From assembly GCA_951406725.2 (NCBI GenBank), contig OX597826.1, positions 19,158,001 through 19,222,000 on the forward strand: DNA of 64,000 nucleotides. Reading direction: 5' to 3'. The stretch comes from Octopus vulgaris (taxonomy: Eukaryota). The notes below the pieces were generated by a model. The model made no database searches. It saw only the letters and a list, made by a program, of their open reading frames with translations, and was not told where the DNA came from. The number at the start of each line of letters is the position of its first letter. The first letter of the stretch is position 1. Shown here in pieces: positions 26,926-40,929 of this stretch. The position numbers and the translations under genes were made by a program.

Positions 26926-28653
26926 GTTTTCTTTGAGATTTAATTTCTACGCGGACTTCAAGCCCGTGACTAAGAAAATGATAAAACTTCTTTGTTCGAA
27001 TCAAGACACTTCCAAGAATTTATATACGTGTGAGAGCTAGCTCATGTGTGCATATATGTAGGTGTATATGTAGATGTACTTTTACTCATCTAATGGGTGT
27101 ATAAGTCTCATTAGTACACGAATACCTGTGTGTGTGATTATTTTCTATGTATGCGGACACGCGTAAGAGCTTTTTTTTTCTGTCTGGGTGTATGTGTGTA
27201 TGCTGTACGCATAGATGTAATTGTGTATATTTTCATTCCCAGAAACCCAAATGAAAAATCTTTGAAATGTTTCTCATATCTTTATATAGCACAAAAAGGC
27301 TTCTATGCAAATCTGTAGTTACTTAGTCCAGTATGTTTATGATGGAAGGTACAAACAAAAATCTATAGTTAGGTTACAAGAGCTGTAACACCTACTTGGT
27401 TTACCATAGGCATTCTCTATTTTCGTTTTCACAACTTTAGATGACATTCACATCCGCTGGACAGTTAATTTATCCCATGGAATAATGTCAAGTCCGTGGT
27501 GTTTGCACTGTATCGCTCCTTTTACTTGAAAATTCCACCAGTATTTCTTCTTTATAAATGTATCGCTTCATTCTGACTCTGCCAAATATAGACAATCTGT
27601 GTTATTGATGATGTGAAAGTGCTGGTTTGTACCTCCTTGTCTTGATGGTCAAGGTTATGGATTCGTACTATCAATGTTACCACAAAGAGAACTATTAAAG
27701 GCTGCCTATCTGTTTGTGTCTTCCTGTTTTTCTTTGGCCCTTTGTATGTCTGTCTTTCTGTCTGTCTGTCAGTAGAACGCATTGTGACAGAAAAACGAGA
27801 CAAACACAGTAAGGCAAGAGTATCATTCTTGCCACTATCTGAAAAATTGTTTGTGCGGTCTTCGTTGTACATTCCCACGTAGTCTGAATAAGTACCAATA
27901 ATAAATTGTGAGTACTTAATAAGAAATTATTATTACAAATATTAATGATTATGATGACCACTGTCGTTTATAATACGGATTATCATTATAGTATGAACGA
28001 TTTATATTTTCACTATTTTGTTTAAAATTTAGATGTATTTGCTGTCATTATCCGTATCCCAGATTAAACTTCACAAAGATGTAGAACAAGGAAATCAAAT
28101 GTATTAGAAGATTTGAAAGAGTTGAAAATAACGAGGATACATTAGTTGATGGCAGTGGCGTCGTTAATTAGGCAAGATGAAGAAGAGAAACTGTTACCAG
28201 ATGCAAAATGACACGGTGGCATGTGATGAAATATTTTGAACCATGAGCACGCACAGATATATTTGTGTGTGAGTGTTTGTGTGTGTGTGTGTGGGGGGGG
28301 TTGATATTTATTCCTGGCAGTCTATCTTTTTGGAACCATTTTAATGTCTGTGCACATCCAAGAACTTACATATTTACAAACGAAGATACACACATCAGAC
28401 ATACATGTGGATGTGTTTCTGCATCTCTCTCATTTATACACCCACGTGTGAGTAAATACAGACATACATATATGTATATTGATAAATAAATAAATAAATA
28501 AATAGAAATTTGTGTATGTATAAATTCAGTCATCTAAATATATTTTTTCCTTTTTCCTTGAGGTCAAACATTTACGACCCACTCACCACCGCCTTCACAC
28601 ACACCCATCACTTCCTACTCACCTCCTCTTCTCCAATCTCTTTCTTTCTCCCC

Positions 28654-28713
<60 letters not shown>

Positions 28714-28927
28714 AGCGTTAGCACTTCCCTCGTCATTCTTCTCTTTCCGTTACTTACCCTCCAGCGCCACCACCCGTTGAACGAATAGTGTCGTCTCCGT
28801 GAGAAACCTGTGTGGATACATTTTCATACTGATAAACGGTTATATATGGAAGTAGATACTCTGCTTTCCGTGCAGATTGAGAGATTGGGGCTTGATACAC
28901 ACACACACGCGCACACGCGCACGCACG

Positions 28928-28968
<41 letters not shown>

Positions 28969-30089
28969 CAAACTAAATTCTGAAATATTTATCAAATTCC
29001 AGCTTGACGTGTCAAATTCGAAGCTTGGCATAAATATTTATGATATTATTATTATTATTATTTCCACACACATGTGCATCAACAGCCAATGCATATACTG
29101 ACGTCGAAATAAACACATGCATGAAATCACTTTACGTATTACAACACTTTCCCCCTCACTAATCTATAGTCTACATTTTCTATTTGTTTATTACTTTTGG
29201 TCGTGTTTATTTCATATGCCTTTTATTTAATTATTTTATATTTTCTTTCCTTCATCGGACGTTCAGAAAGTCTCAGCCTCCTTACCAACGACCACTGCTT
29301 CTCCAGTTTACACTATATTTATCAATACTTTAACACTCGGCTTACTGCTATCTTAAATGTATAAAGACCTACGAATTTTTATCGCACAATCTTCTCACTT
29401 TTCCCTTTATCTGTAATCTTTTTTTTCATTTGAATATTTTTTTCAGCTGTAAGAAGAAAAAAGCCCAAATGTTTAAGCAATGGCCCGGAACTTATAAAAT
29501 AAACAGAACGAAAAACGCCGGAAAAACAGCTGGATATAAAGAAATATGGAAGGTTTACAAGAATTGGTTTGCTGTATTTTATTTCTATGTCTTTTAAGGA
29601 AAGAGAACCAATATTAGGAAAGAGAACCAACATTACTAGGGTCCTAATTTCTCAGGCCACATACTTGTTGATGGTATATTATATAAGCTGATATTGACCT
29701 CAGTTTCATACCAAGTCCGCTAAGTTAAAAAAACCTTCAGGCCAAGTCTCCAGTCTGAGTATTACTTTTCCATTTGCTCCCACTAGCCCCAGGACCTTAA
29801 AGAAACGCACATAAGCGCTTCGCTTGCTTCTCTAACGAAAACATAAAGAATAATTAACATTAGTGGAAATGTAATGATGTTTATAAGGATAAAATTTAGA
29901 AATGTTAGAACAATCGAAGTCCATGTCGACTTCTTAAGAGAAGATGTTACTTTGATTAACGTTTCATTATAAGACATTCATCAAACAAATGAAACGAGTT
30001 GTGGAAAGCACTACACCCTACACACACACGCACATTGATTTATATTGAAGATACAACTGTCTAATATTTTTTTTATTATTATTATAAAT

Positions 30090-30270
30090 AAGCGCGGGCA
30101 GCTGGGCAAAAGGTTGAGCAACATTTAGTCAGTTCTTACGTTCTGGCTTCAAATTCCACCTGAGGTCGATTTGTCTTCCATCTTTTTCAGGGTACCAGTT
30201 GAACATTGCGGTCGATGTAATCGACTTATCCTTCCCTTGAAATAGCTGGCCATGCGCCAAAATTTGAAGC
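30090..30270 (+). mobile_element. Degraded Nin/Deu-type SINE
   Basis: acgttctggcttcaaattccacc...gtcgat...ggtaccagttgaacattgcggtcgatgtaatcgactt. Confidence 0.65.
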
Positions 30271-30694
30271 TAATATTTTTACAAATGAATTTTCCTATTT
30301 CTTCATCGTTCTTTAATGTTTAACTTTCCAACGAAAACATTTCAAAGTTCATTAAAGTTTCATCACTCTCGTGGTCATATATTTTGAATGCTGCCGGAGA
30401 CGTGTTATTGCAGCGTCTTGTTATATGCAGACCGCAAAAAGCATGGGTATAATTTAACAGTTAATTCCAGGTTATTTTCATCCTTTATTTAAAGTTTTCT
30501 GTATTTTTGAATTGAGGTTTCGTTTGAATTTTTCTCGTAATAAACCTTCCATTGTTAATCTTTTAGTTTTCATTAAATCCTATATAGGATTTCATTATCA
30601 CTAGTGTTGCAATGGCTGTATTTGTAAATGCATGCTTACTCAGCAAGAAAGTGTTGTACTTTCTTTAAAAAATCGAGTTCTTGAAATAATATAC

Positions 30695-30921
30695 CTATTT
30701 CTTTACTACCCACAAGGGGCTAAACATAGAGTGGACAAACAAGGACAGACAAAGGGATTAAGCCGATTATATTGACCCCAGTGCACAACTGGTACTTATT
30801 TAATCGAAAGGATGAAAGGCAAAGTCGACCTCGGCGGAATTTGATCTCAGAACGTAGCGGCAGACGAAATACCTCTAAGCATTTCGCCCGGCGTGCTAAC
30901 GTTTCTGCCAGCTCGCCGCCA
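30695..30921 (-). mobile_element. Nin/Deu-type SINE with 13-bp TSD
   Basis: Reverse copy of the 24171 family; TSD tgaaataatatac at 30682-30694 and 30922-30934. Confidence 0.9.
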
Positions 30922-31132
30922 TGAAATAATATACATGTTCTTGGGTGTAGGTTCTCGTTCTATTTCAAAGGGAATTCCGAGAACTTTCTTGGAATGAATA
31001 AAATCATTTTACTCTTAGAATGAAATAAAACTAACTCTTGGAGAGATTTATTGCAACCTATCCTAAAACGAAATAATACAATCAGGTTTGGGATTAAGAT
31101 ATAATTCGTCTTCCAAATAAAGCATACGAACG

Positions 31133-31412
31133 AGGCGTAGCTATGTGGTCAGAAGCTAGCTTCCCAACCGCATGGTTCCGGGTTCAGTCCCACTGTGTGA
31201 CACCTTGGGCAAGTGATTTTTACCATAGATCAGTTCGACCAAAGTTTGTGAGTCGATTTGGTAAAAGGAAACTGAAAAAACCCGCTGTATACACACACAC
31301 ACACATACACGTGTCTCAGTGTGTATATGTATGTATATGTGTGTGCATGTGTTTGACCCCATCAACACTTGTCAACCGTTGTTGGTGTGTTTACATCCCC
31401 GTAACTTAGCGG
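31133..31412 (+). mobile_element. CORE-type SINE
   Basis: ggttccgggttcagtcccact, ccttgggcaagt, gtttacatccccgtaacttagcgg. Confidence 0.8.
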
Positions 31413-32162
31413 TGTGTGTGTGTAAAACAAGTAAAAGATAAGTCTTTACAATAAAAGATATGAATGTGATTATAACGTGAAAATAGGTTTTCTCTTGGAA
31501 CGAAAGAATAGAATATCTGCCTTGTTCATGATTTTAAAAACTGATTACTAACGTTATTGTGTGTTTGAAGGGTCATCTTTATTCTTCAAAATTTGGTTAA
31601 TTTTAAAGGAATTGCATGCGAAGTGAATTTTAAAGAAACTACGAGATTACGAGAGTAGCAGCCGCTGAAAGTTAGAGACGCTAAATGGTTTAATGCATAT
31701 CAAAAACACTGATGAGATCATTAACATTTGCCTACATCTACACACATACACTCATAGCCGCACACACAACTTCCCTCCACACACACACACATACGCACGC
31801 TCGCACGCACGCACACACATAGACACGCACATATGTACGCACACACATACACACACACATAATTAGTTGATTCCAGTATTTTAAAAAATTATTTCCGGTT
31901 TTAATTTCTGAGAGCTGTATGTGGTGCTGCAAATAAAGATTTCTATCATAATTTCTACGCATAAACATGTGTGTCTGTGTACTTGTAGTGAGTTTTCTTC
32001 TATTCAGTCAATGTTCACTCTTTTCTCTGTTTGTCATTTTTCATCTGCACACACAAGTGCGTCAGCAAATGCACACATGCAGAATATGTACATGAGTGTA
32101 AGCATAATAATTCTGATTCGTATATTACAACTGAAAAGGGGAACTGCAATGTTGGTATCGGC

Positions 32163-32459
32163 CAGTGGTTCCCAAACTTTTTAGGGCTGCTGCCCCCCCC
32201 CCCCCCGCGCCCCCTTGACACCCAGACCCCATTCCTTGCTCCCCACTTCCACTCACCACCACAAACACAGACCATTTTTCTGCAGCAAATTCAAAACGAC
32301 TGCATTTCACAAATAAAAGTTAACCAAATTAACCTAATTAATCTTGTGTTTTTCATCCCCTTTTGGCCTCCCTATTATCGTCCCCACTTGTCTTCAATGC
32401 TCCTCTGGATCTTTCCACCGCTCTCAGACGAGTAGGGCAGCCCATTTTGGGAACCGCTG
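32163..32459. mobile_element. hAT (Charlie-like) MITE
   Basis: TIRs cagtggttcccaaa / tttgggaaccgctg; TSD not clearly preserved. Confidence 0.7.
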
Positions 32460-33129
32460 GTAATGAAAGGAAAACGTAAAGAAGGAAGCCAATGAAGTGA
32501 GTGCGTTTCATCTCTCAAAATGTCTGCTGCTGTGATATCATCGACTGCTGCTGCTGCTGCTGCGCTGACGGGAACGTATTGAATGTCGGAGACATTCTCG
32601 AATATGGCAGCTTCATTCCGAAATGGGGTTGTAGAAATTTGTATTTAAAACAAGCTATTTTTAGGATGTGACACCGATTTTCGTTAACTGGAGGCGACGA
32701 ATCAATTTATCTCTGGTTATCTAACACATACACTTCATATGGGTTGCGTATGTGTATGCGTTTGCATGTATAGCGCAAGCACACATACACTTGTAGAGAC
32801 ATCTTTCCATGCCAGATGATTGGGAAATTTGGTGGGAAGACATAGTTAATTGAATCGACCTCAGTACATTACTGCTATTTACTTTTTTTTATCAAGCTGC
32901 AACAGAAGGCAGAGGGACGTAAATAAAGACCACCTCAAAGTATTGTGACACACTTCACAGTTTCAGCCTCTTTAGTTCTCTTTATAAGTATTTCTTATAA
33001 TTACATAATAATTAGCTTTGGTAATTAAATGTTATTATAAACATGACATGATGTCATAAGTGACAACGCACCCTTCTATTAGGGCAAAAAGTAAGTTATT
33101 GTGTGTCGAATATCGGATTTGGTTCATGC

Positions 33130-33277
33130 GCTACCTAAGGCTCGCAGGCCGCATGCAGAATTTTCTGAATAGCACACTTAACGAAAGATGACCTTGAAAC
33201 TTTTTAGTAGTATGGCCCGCTTAATGATGAGTCATGTCTCATGCGGCCCAACTCTCGGAAAAGGTTGCTCATGCCTG
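33130..33277. mobile_element. hAT-type MITE end fragment
   Basis: tggcccgc/atgcggccc subterminal motifs and aggttgctcatgcctg terminus. Confidence 0.5.
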
Positions 33278-34661
33278 GTTTAGAAGTTCTTTTGAAACCA
33301 ATGCCTAACATATATTAAATGTTGTGAAGAGCAGATATTTTGATGATTATTATATTTTTGCAATGGAAAGTCTCAGTCTCGGAATTAAAATCCAGAACTC
33401 TTAGGGACAGATCTAAATCCGTCAAGTAATAGCCCACTTCCTTCCTGCAAGTTTTCTTTCCTCTAATAATAATCATCGCTAAAAATAAAATAAACAATGT
33501 ACTTCTAAAAAATTAATTAAAAACCATTGATAAAATTCAAGCAAATGAAATATGTAGCAAGTGCAGGGTCAATTCTTGGTTGAACTTAATTCTCTCCTTT
33601 TACTCTGCTAATGCCGAGAAGAAATGTTAGCATGTCAGATAATCTCTTTCCCTTTGTGATGACAATAATGATGTTAAATAACGTTGGTTAAATACAGAAT
33701 CAAGATGGGTAAAAGTAATCGATTGCATGTACAAAATTAATTGTTCAATCTCAGGTCGATTTCCTTGAAATTTCTACACAGAGATGAGAGGGACAAGACT
33801 AAATACAGTAATGTGTTTAGTCCGTCAATTTTCATATTGTTACAAAAATCAGAGACAATGAACTAACCCATCACAAGACAACAAATACAAGTTTATATAT
33901 ATTTCATGGTTTCATTTAGATACAGAGGTGACATACATGATAGCATTACTCCAGTCAATCCTTGGCTGTGATTGCTAAAACAAGGTAAATGAACATGGAA
34001 GACAACCAACACTGACTTTTTTTTTTCTTTCAAACATTATCATGTATATTACAAGTGCCGGTCGATCATCTGATATAAATAAACTATGCTTTAGCTAAGT
34101 TACAAAATCATTACAAGTTGTAATTAAGACAGCAAAATGTTGTACTTAACTGTTAATGGAAAACTAAGGCAAACTAGACAGATAATGTAAAAGTAGGCTA
34201 TTGTGTAAAACAACCCTACCTAAGTGTATGACTGTGTATATTTGTGTATGTATCATTAGTTGTGCAAACTTACATGCACATAATTTCTGTCAGCCTCAGT
34301 CAATATTCTCTTAATTTTCACACACACTCACAGTCACAAACATAAGATTAAACAGACTCTCACTATTTTCTATCCGCAATCGAAAGGGTTTGATACCAAC
34401 ATTGCAGCTATTGTCGTTCGATACACGACCCAGCTGTGGCAACATGTTTTTATTTCTAATATGTTGTTTATAGAATTAGATTCTTCAATATGTTTTATCT
34501 TTTTTATATGGCCGCAGGAATAGCTTGAAGGAAATTTAGCTAGTATTTCTAACTAACCGTACGGCCGGACTATGGAGTCAGTTCCATCAAGTTACACATA
34601 CTACATTAAAATTGCAACTGAAACACAATATGCAGAGTAACATCACACACACAAACACACG

Positions 34662-34732
<71 letters not shown>

Positions 34733-34769
34733 GATGTTGTTACTCTGAATACATATATAGCTTAGATAA

Positions 34770-35490
34770 CTGAGATTGGTTACGGCCATTATCAGCCCAG
34801 GTTCTGTAGTTAATCATTTCGGGACACCATGGACAACTCAAGCAAAGTGTTGTTGGCTGAGACGTATCCAGGTGTAGGTGTTTATCCGGTATTTCCCGGA
34901 AGAATTTGTCCAGGTACCCTTTGGAAAGTTGTGGGATCTTTTACTTGAATTTTTTTCGGGATAACATTGAACAGGACTATTTGCAGTGAAGAAACTGTGT
35001 CGCAATGTTCTTATGTGATGTAATCTCGACCTTTGTAGGTCGGGGGCCTAGTCTTGGGTGAGTTGTAAACATAATACTGATACCATTTGGATAATATTGG
35101 TGGAATATTTTCCGCATGGTGCAAATAATGTATCGCTGACGGCGGCGTTGCAGAGAACAGAGTTTCAGCTGTTTAAGTCGAGCTTGATAATCAAGTCCCG
35201 ACATGCCATTTATTTTTTTAGTGATCTTTGTGGCGCTTCGATCCTCATTATATCATTTTTCTTGTAGGGGGACCACAATGGGCAGCAGTATTCGAGGTGA
35301 GGCTTAGCGAATGTGGAGAAGAGAAGGACATGGTTTCATGATCCCTAGATGGAAAAGTTCTGAGAATCCTTGAGCACATTCTGCGGGCAACATCGACTTT
35401 TTTGTTGATGTGCACAATAAGGTTGATGTCGACAGTTACACCTAAGTCTCTGGTATTACCCGACGGTTCAAGTAGGTTTCCGGACAGTAG
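34770..35490 (-). mobile_element. CR1-clade LINE 3' fragment
   Basis: PHLEYCCPLWSP, LDYQARLKQLKLCSLQRRRQR and DKFFREIPD motifs. Confidence 0.85.
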
Positions 35491-35651
35491 TGTATATATA
35501 TATATATATATATATAGGCGTAGGTGTGGCTGTGTGGTAAGTAGCTTGCTTACTTCCCATGAGTCTCAGCTGTCAGTGTGCGCATGCGTCATTGAAGATA
35601 GCCGGCTGTGTTTAGTCTGCCAAAAGAAGCTGCTGCAAGGTAAGACTTTTC

Positions 35652-36427
35652 GGATCTTTTCGGTTTGAACGGCAGTTTTTAACATAAATTCCAGGTAACT
35701 AAAAAATTTTAAACTTCGTATACTGGTAGAATGTGTTTATAAAACATCTTTTTCTCTTGGCTTTATTGAGAAAATTCTATAGTTTGTAATATATTTGGTC
35801 TTTAATTTATTGCATTTCGGCAATTTCAACCAATCAATGACCGTCTACTGAGGTGAAAACATTCTGTGCCGTATGAATATATCCCTCGTTTAAGAAACAG
35901 ATTGGGTTCATTTACATTTGTGAAGAAAAAAAGATACCCTTCCCCCCACCCCTAACCCTAACGAACCCTAACTAACCCTAAATCTAAAATAGATTGAAAT
36001 GCAATAGATCGATACTAGGGTCATAATTATGGGTGACAATTTCATATGACACCCATAATTATGACCTAGTATCGATCTATTGCATTTCAACCTATTTTAG
36101 ATTTAGGGTTAGTTAGGGTTAGGGTTAGGGGTGGGGGATGGTATCTTTTTTTCTTCACAAATGTAAATAAACCCAATCTGTTTCTTAAACGAGGGACATA
36201 TTCATACGGCACAGAATGCTTTTTAACTCAATAGACGGTCATTGATTGGTTGAAATTGCCGAAATGCAAGAAATTAAAGACGAAATATCTTACAAACTAC
36301 AGAATTTTCTCAAGAAAGCCAAGAGAAAATGATGTTTTTTAAACACATTCTACCAGTATACGAAGTTTAAAATTTTTTAGTTACCTAGAAATTATGTTAA
36401 AAACTGCCGTTCAAACCGAAAAGATCC
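35652..36427. mobile_element. Fold-back (palindromic) DNA element with 8-bp TSD and internal telomere-like repeats
   Basis: Ends ggatcttttcggtttgaacggcagttttt / aaaactgccgttcaaaccgaaaagatcc; arms ~380 bp; TSD gacttttc on both sides; (ccctaa)/(ttaggg) tracts at ~35950-35980 and ~36103-36130. Confidence 0.92.
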
Positions 36428-37225
36428 GACTTTTCTCTTGGACCCGGTGAGGGTCGTTGTCTGTGCTTATATGTTTTACAAACAGAGAATCCTCACTGAA
36501 TTCAGGATGTTGGTCTACTTGTGATTCAGCAATATGGTCCATAGTAAATGAAGATTTTTTTTCTCATTGTCTGGTAGGCGTATCCTTCAAATACTTTGTT
36601 TTTACAACAACAACATTTACCATTTTTGGAAAACTATATTTCAAGTGTTCACATGAAGTTAAATTTTTTTTCTCATTGTGAGAAATATAGTTTGGTGACT
36701 ATCCTGCCACCGAAAGTCGTTCGCTGTTTGTGAATAGTGCATTTTACAACTACGTTGGGAAACTGTATTCAAGTGGAGCAGTCCAGGTTCTAAGTGGAGT
36801 ACCATAAGGGGTTGGAGTACCTGAATGCCCAGAAGATTTTTTTGGTGTTTTCTTCTTTTGAACTATTGTTTTCTTCTTCTATTGTGACTTTTTATTGAAC
36901 TGTTTGCTTTTTATTTCTTTCTTCTTCTCGTTTGTTTTCTTTTGAATTCTCTCTTTCCTTTTTTGTGAACTATTGCTTTGGACATGGCAAAAAAAAAAAT
37001 ACGGATAAGATTGTAGTGTGGGAGATTGTCCCACCGAAGCAGTTGTTAAAAGATATGGAAGAGAGGACGGTGGTGGTTAGAACTTATTCTAAACTTCTTG
37101 ATACCATCATCGTCTTCCCAAAACCAGCACCCCGACATCCGAAACTCGGAGTTTTCTCATGGCTACCAAATAATTGTCACATATTACATTTACAGATATA
37201 TATATCTGTGTGTGTGTGTGTGTGT

Positions 37226-37615
37226 GTACATTATTTACATTATTTACATTTGACGGATATTTGTCCTCATCTTGTTTGTTGTTAACACGTTTCGGCTGAT
37301 ATACCCTCCAGCCTTCATCTTGGGGGAAATTTCGAACCTGGGTTCTCATTCCTAAGGTATTTTTCGATGTTATCATCATCATCATCATCATTATTATTAT
37401 TATTACTATTATTATTATTATTATTATTATTAACCACTACGCCGATATATGGCGTAGTGGTTAAGAGCGCGGGCTACTAACCCCAAGATTCCGAGTTCGA
37501 TTCCAAGCAGTGACCTGAACAACAACAACAACGAGGACGACAACACCACCACCACCACCACTACCACCAACAGCAACAACAAAAACATCGAAAAATACCT
37601 TAGGAATGAGAACCT
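37226..37615. mobile_element. Second copy of the tRNA-head/hammerhead element, head-to-head inverted
   Basis: 37226-37443 is a minus copy (hammerhead damaged by two small deletions); 37449-37615 is a plus copy starting tggcgtagtggttaagagcgcgggctactaaccccaagattccgagttcgattcc. Confidence 0.8.
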
Positions 37616-37619
37616 GTTC

Positions 37620-37850
37620 GGGTAAACAGAAACTGTGTAAAAGATATTCGGATGACCTGTGCTTCTAATTCAGTTGTTCCAGTTGAGTAGTCGAGCTACT
37701 CATTGATTATGTGTGCAAAGTGGCTGTGTACTCCACAGACACGTGAAACATTAATGCAATTCTCAAGCGGAATAAACATGACATAAAGATCGACTTCTGA
37801 ATTAGAAGCACAGATCAACCGAATATCTTTTACACAGTTTCTGTTTACCC
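37620..37850. repeat. MITE-like element with 54-bp inverted ends
   Basis: gggtaaacagaaactgtgtaaaagatattcgg...ttctaattcag and its reverse complement at 37797-37850 (2 mismatches). Confidence 0.7.
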
Positions 37851-38127
37851 AAAATGACTCAAGATGTCCCGCGGTGGGACAGAGACCCAATTTTACACAC
37901 GTGCTCGCGCGCACGCTTCCCCCCTTCCCCCTCTCTCTAACACACAGATACACACACAAACACAATGCATTATAGACAGATTGATTGATTGATTGATTGG
38001 TAGACATAAATAGATAGATGGGTAGATTAGATAGAAGGGTCTATATGCTTATATAGGTTAGTTTCTGTGTGGATGCATGTACGTTCATGCATACATACAT
38101 ACATACATACATACATACATACATACA

Positions 38128-38159
<32 letters not shown>

Positions 38160-38176
38160 CATATACATATGCATAT

Positions 38177-38229
<53 letters not shown>

Positions 38230-38809
38230 TACATACATAAACCTGCATACATATTTGTTTGTGTAACAAGCCAGCCAGCAGTTTTGTTATGAATGAGGTT
38301 ACAGCCGTCCCATCCATTGACTCGCTATCACTGGTAACACCTGTGTAAGCGTGTGTGCGTAGGATTACATCACTATTACAGATTACACCCAGGGTGGGGC
38401 GAGTGCTGTTATAAATGTATAGAGGTGGTGTAGAGAATTTGTGAGGCGTACGTGGGAATAAAGTTAGAGAGGAGAGTGCGAGACCAGAAGACACCAGAAA
38501 TTTAAAGCAATTTGCAAAACGTCACCACCATCACCGACATTGCCTGTTGTCATTACCATCTCCACCACCAAAACGTTCACTTTATTGTCAACACTTTTAT
38601 ACCACCACCCCTATCACCCTCACCTCAGTTCCGAATGCTTGGCCACACCCTGACAGCTGTGGCTATTGTACAATTGTTTGCAGGTTACTTGGTTGTTGTA
38701 GCTTTTTTATTTCGATATTGACGGAGAAAAAAGAGTGAACAAAGCTTTTTCTATGACAATGAGATGTAAAACAAGAGAGGGGGAGAGAGAAGGAGAGAGA
38801 GAGAGAGAG

Positions 38810-38855
<46 letters not shown>

Positions 38856-40244
38856 TGAAAGAGACAGTGAAAGTAGTTTCAGTGGTTATGGTGGGAGTTT
38901 CACGGCAATCTCCACTGTGAGTCATTCGTCCTTGATCATTTGAAAATCCATTCAGCTTTTCAACCAAAACACAGCATTGACCGTCCCATAGAGAAAAGAA
39001 AAAAAATTAACAAAAGCCGAAACCTGTTCTCTTGGGGAGACAGGTTGGTATGTGTGAGTAGCAATACATTGAATGAAGCAGCAGCAGCAGCACAACACGA
39101 TACACTGGGCAGACACATACAGCACGATACACAGCCAACAGAAATACACCACATGGACTGGAAAGAAAAAAGCCGGACGTGCAACATGCTATGTTTAGCA
39201 AGTTGCTCATACTGCTTAACATAGCAACCAAATCACGTCCTACATCTTAAAAAAGAAGATATATATAATGTGGGGGTGGGGAGAGATTGTCGTGGTTGGA
39301 ACGCCTTTGCTCCTAGCTTTGACAGAGCTCAATTGAAGCTGAACACTTAAATAAAGTCTTACAACAGAACAAAAAAAAACCTAGTTTCCTACACACAACC
39401 TCTAAATTAGACGACAATGTATGGCACAAAAGCATACATTCTCGAATCAGCGAACGCATGTTTCGGATAGAGTAGCAAATTGTATAATTCTCCGATGCAG
39501 TAATCATAGCTTTGAAAAGAAGGATATGATAGTGTTTAATTTTTCTGTATCTGTAGAATCTTGGTCGATCAAAAAATAGGATCGATTTAAATGATTGATT
39601 ACTGCATCGTGGAATTGTGGAATTTGACAGTCGATACGAAATTGTGTTGGTGAATTAAAGAAGGCAGAATTCTCAATTCTTTTGTGTTTTCCTACTCTGT
39701 GACCATATTACTAAATTTACTCAGTGTTTCAACCTCAGATTTACAAACTGGAAAGACGGCGGAAAGTGATTTTACAGCCTACGTATATTACAATGGTTTT
39801 CACTGGGAAATTAGCTAACCCCGTTTGGTCCCTACAGGGCGCTTATAAAGTACTCACCTTGATTTTCACCTCCTCTTCCCATACACACGCACGCGGACAC
39901 GCACACACACACAATTACACCACACACACACACACACACACATATGCATGTCTTTCATATTTACTTTTTACTTGTTTCAATCATAGGATTGCGACCATAC
40001 TGGGGCACTATCCTGAAAAATTCTTAGTCGAATAATTGACCTCAATACACACACACACACACACACACACAGAGTTGTTTCCCAGTCCATATACCAGACT
40101 GGCTTCACAACTTACCATGCAAATCAGAAATCACCGGTAAGTAAAAAAAAAAGAGGCAAAAACAAAATTTAAACACCTGGTTATTGAAACGAGGATGATA
40201 AAAATTGCCAGAAGTGGCGCACGCGTGTATACATACATACATAC

Positions 40245-40343
<99 letters not shown>

Positions 40344-40344
40344 T

Positions 40345-40389
<45 letters not shown>

Positions 40390-40408
40390 TGTATGTATTC
40401 TGTTCTGT

Positions 40409-40625
40409 GTTTCAGTCGTTAGACTGCGGCCATGCTGAAGGTACCGGCTTTTAGTCAAAGAAATCGACCCTAGGACTTATTCTTTGTAAGCCTGGTACTT
40501 ATTCTATCGGTTTCTTTCGTCGAACCGCTAAGTTACGGGGACGTAAACATACCAACATCGGTTGTCAAGCGATGGTAGGTGGACAAACACAGATACAAAG
40601 ACACACATAAATATGTACACACACT

Positions 40626-40657
<32 letters not shown>

Positions 40658-40744
40658 CACACATATATATATATGTGTGTGAGTGTGTGTACATATTTAT
40701 GTGTGTCTTTGTATCTGTGTTTGTCCACCTACCATCGCTTGACA

Positions 40745-40786
<42 letters not shown>

Positions 40787-40929
40787 GACGGGCTTTTTTC
40801 AGTTTCCGTCTACCAAATCCACTCACAAGGCTTTGGCCGGCCTGAGACGACACTTGCCCAAGGTGCCACACAGTGGGACTGACCCGGAACCACGTGGTTG
40901 GAAAGCAAGCTTCTTACCAGACAGCCACA
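40409..40929 (-). mobile_element. CORE-type SINE with internal inverted duplication
   Basis: Family head and tail present; ~40557-40632 is duplicated in inverted orientation at ~40675-40750. Confidence 0.85.

Noticed and set aside
35940-36135. True telomere or chromosome fusion scar
   Set aside because: Only a few degenerate units, symmetrically inside a TSD-flanked transposon.
38270-38740. Possible coding exon in unique-looking sequence
   Set aside because: The ORF runs into a microsatellite and has no recognisable motif; it may be regulatory but this cannot be supported.
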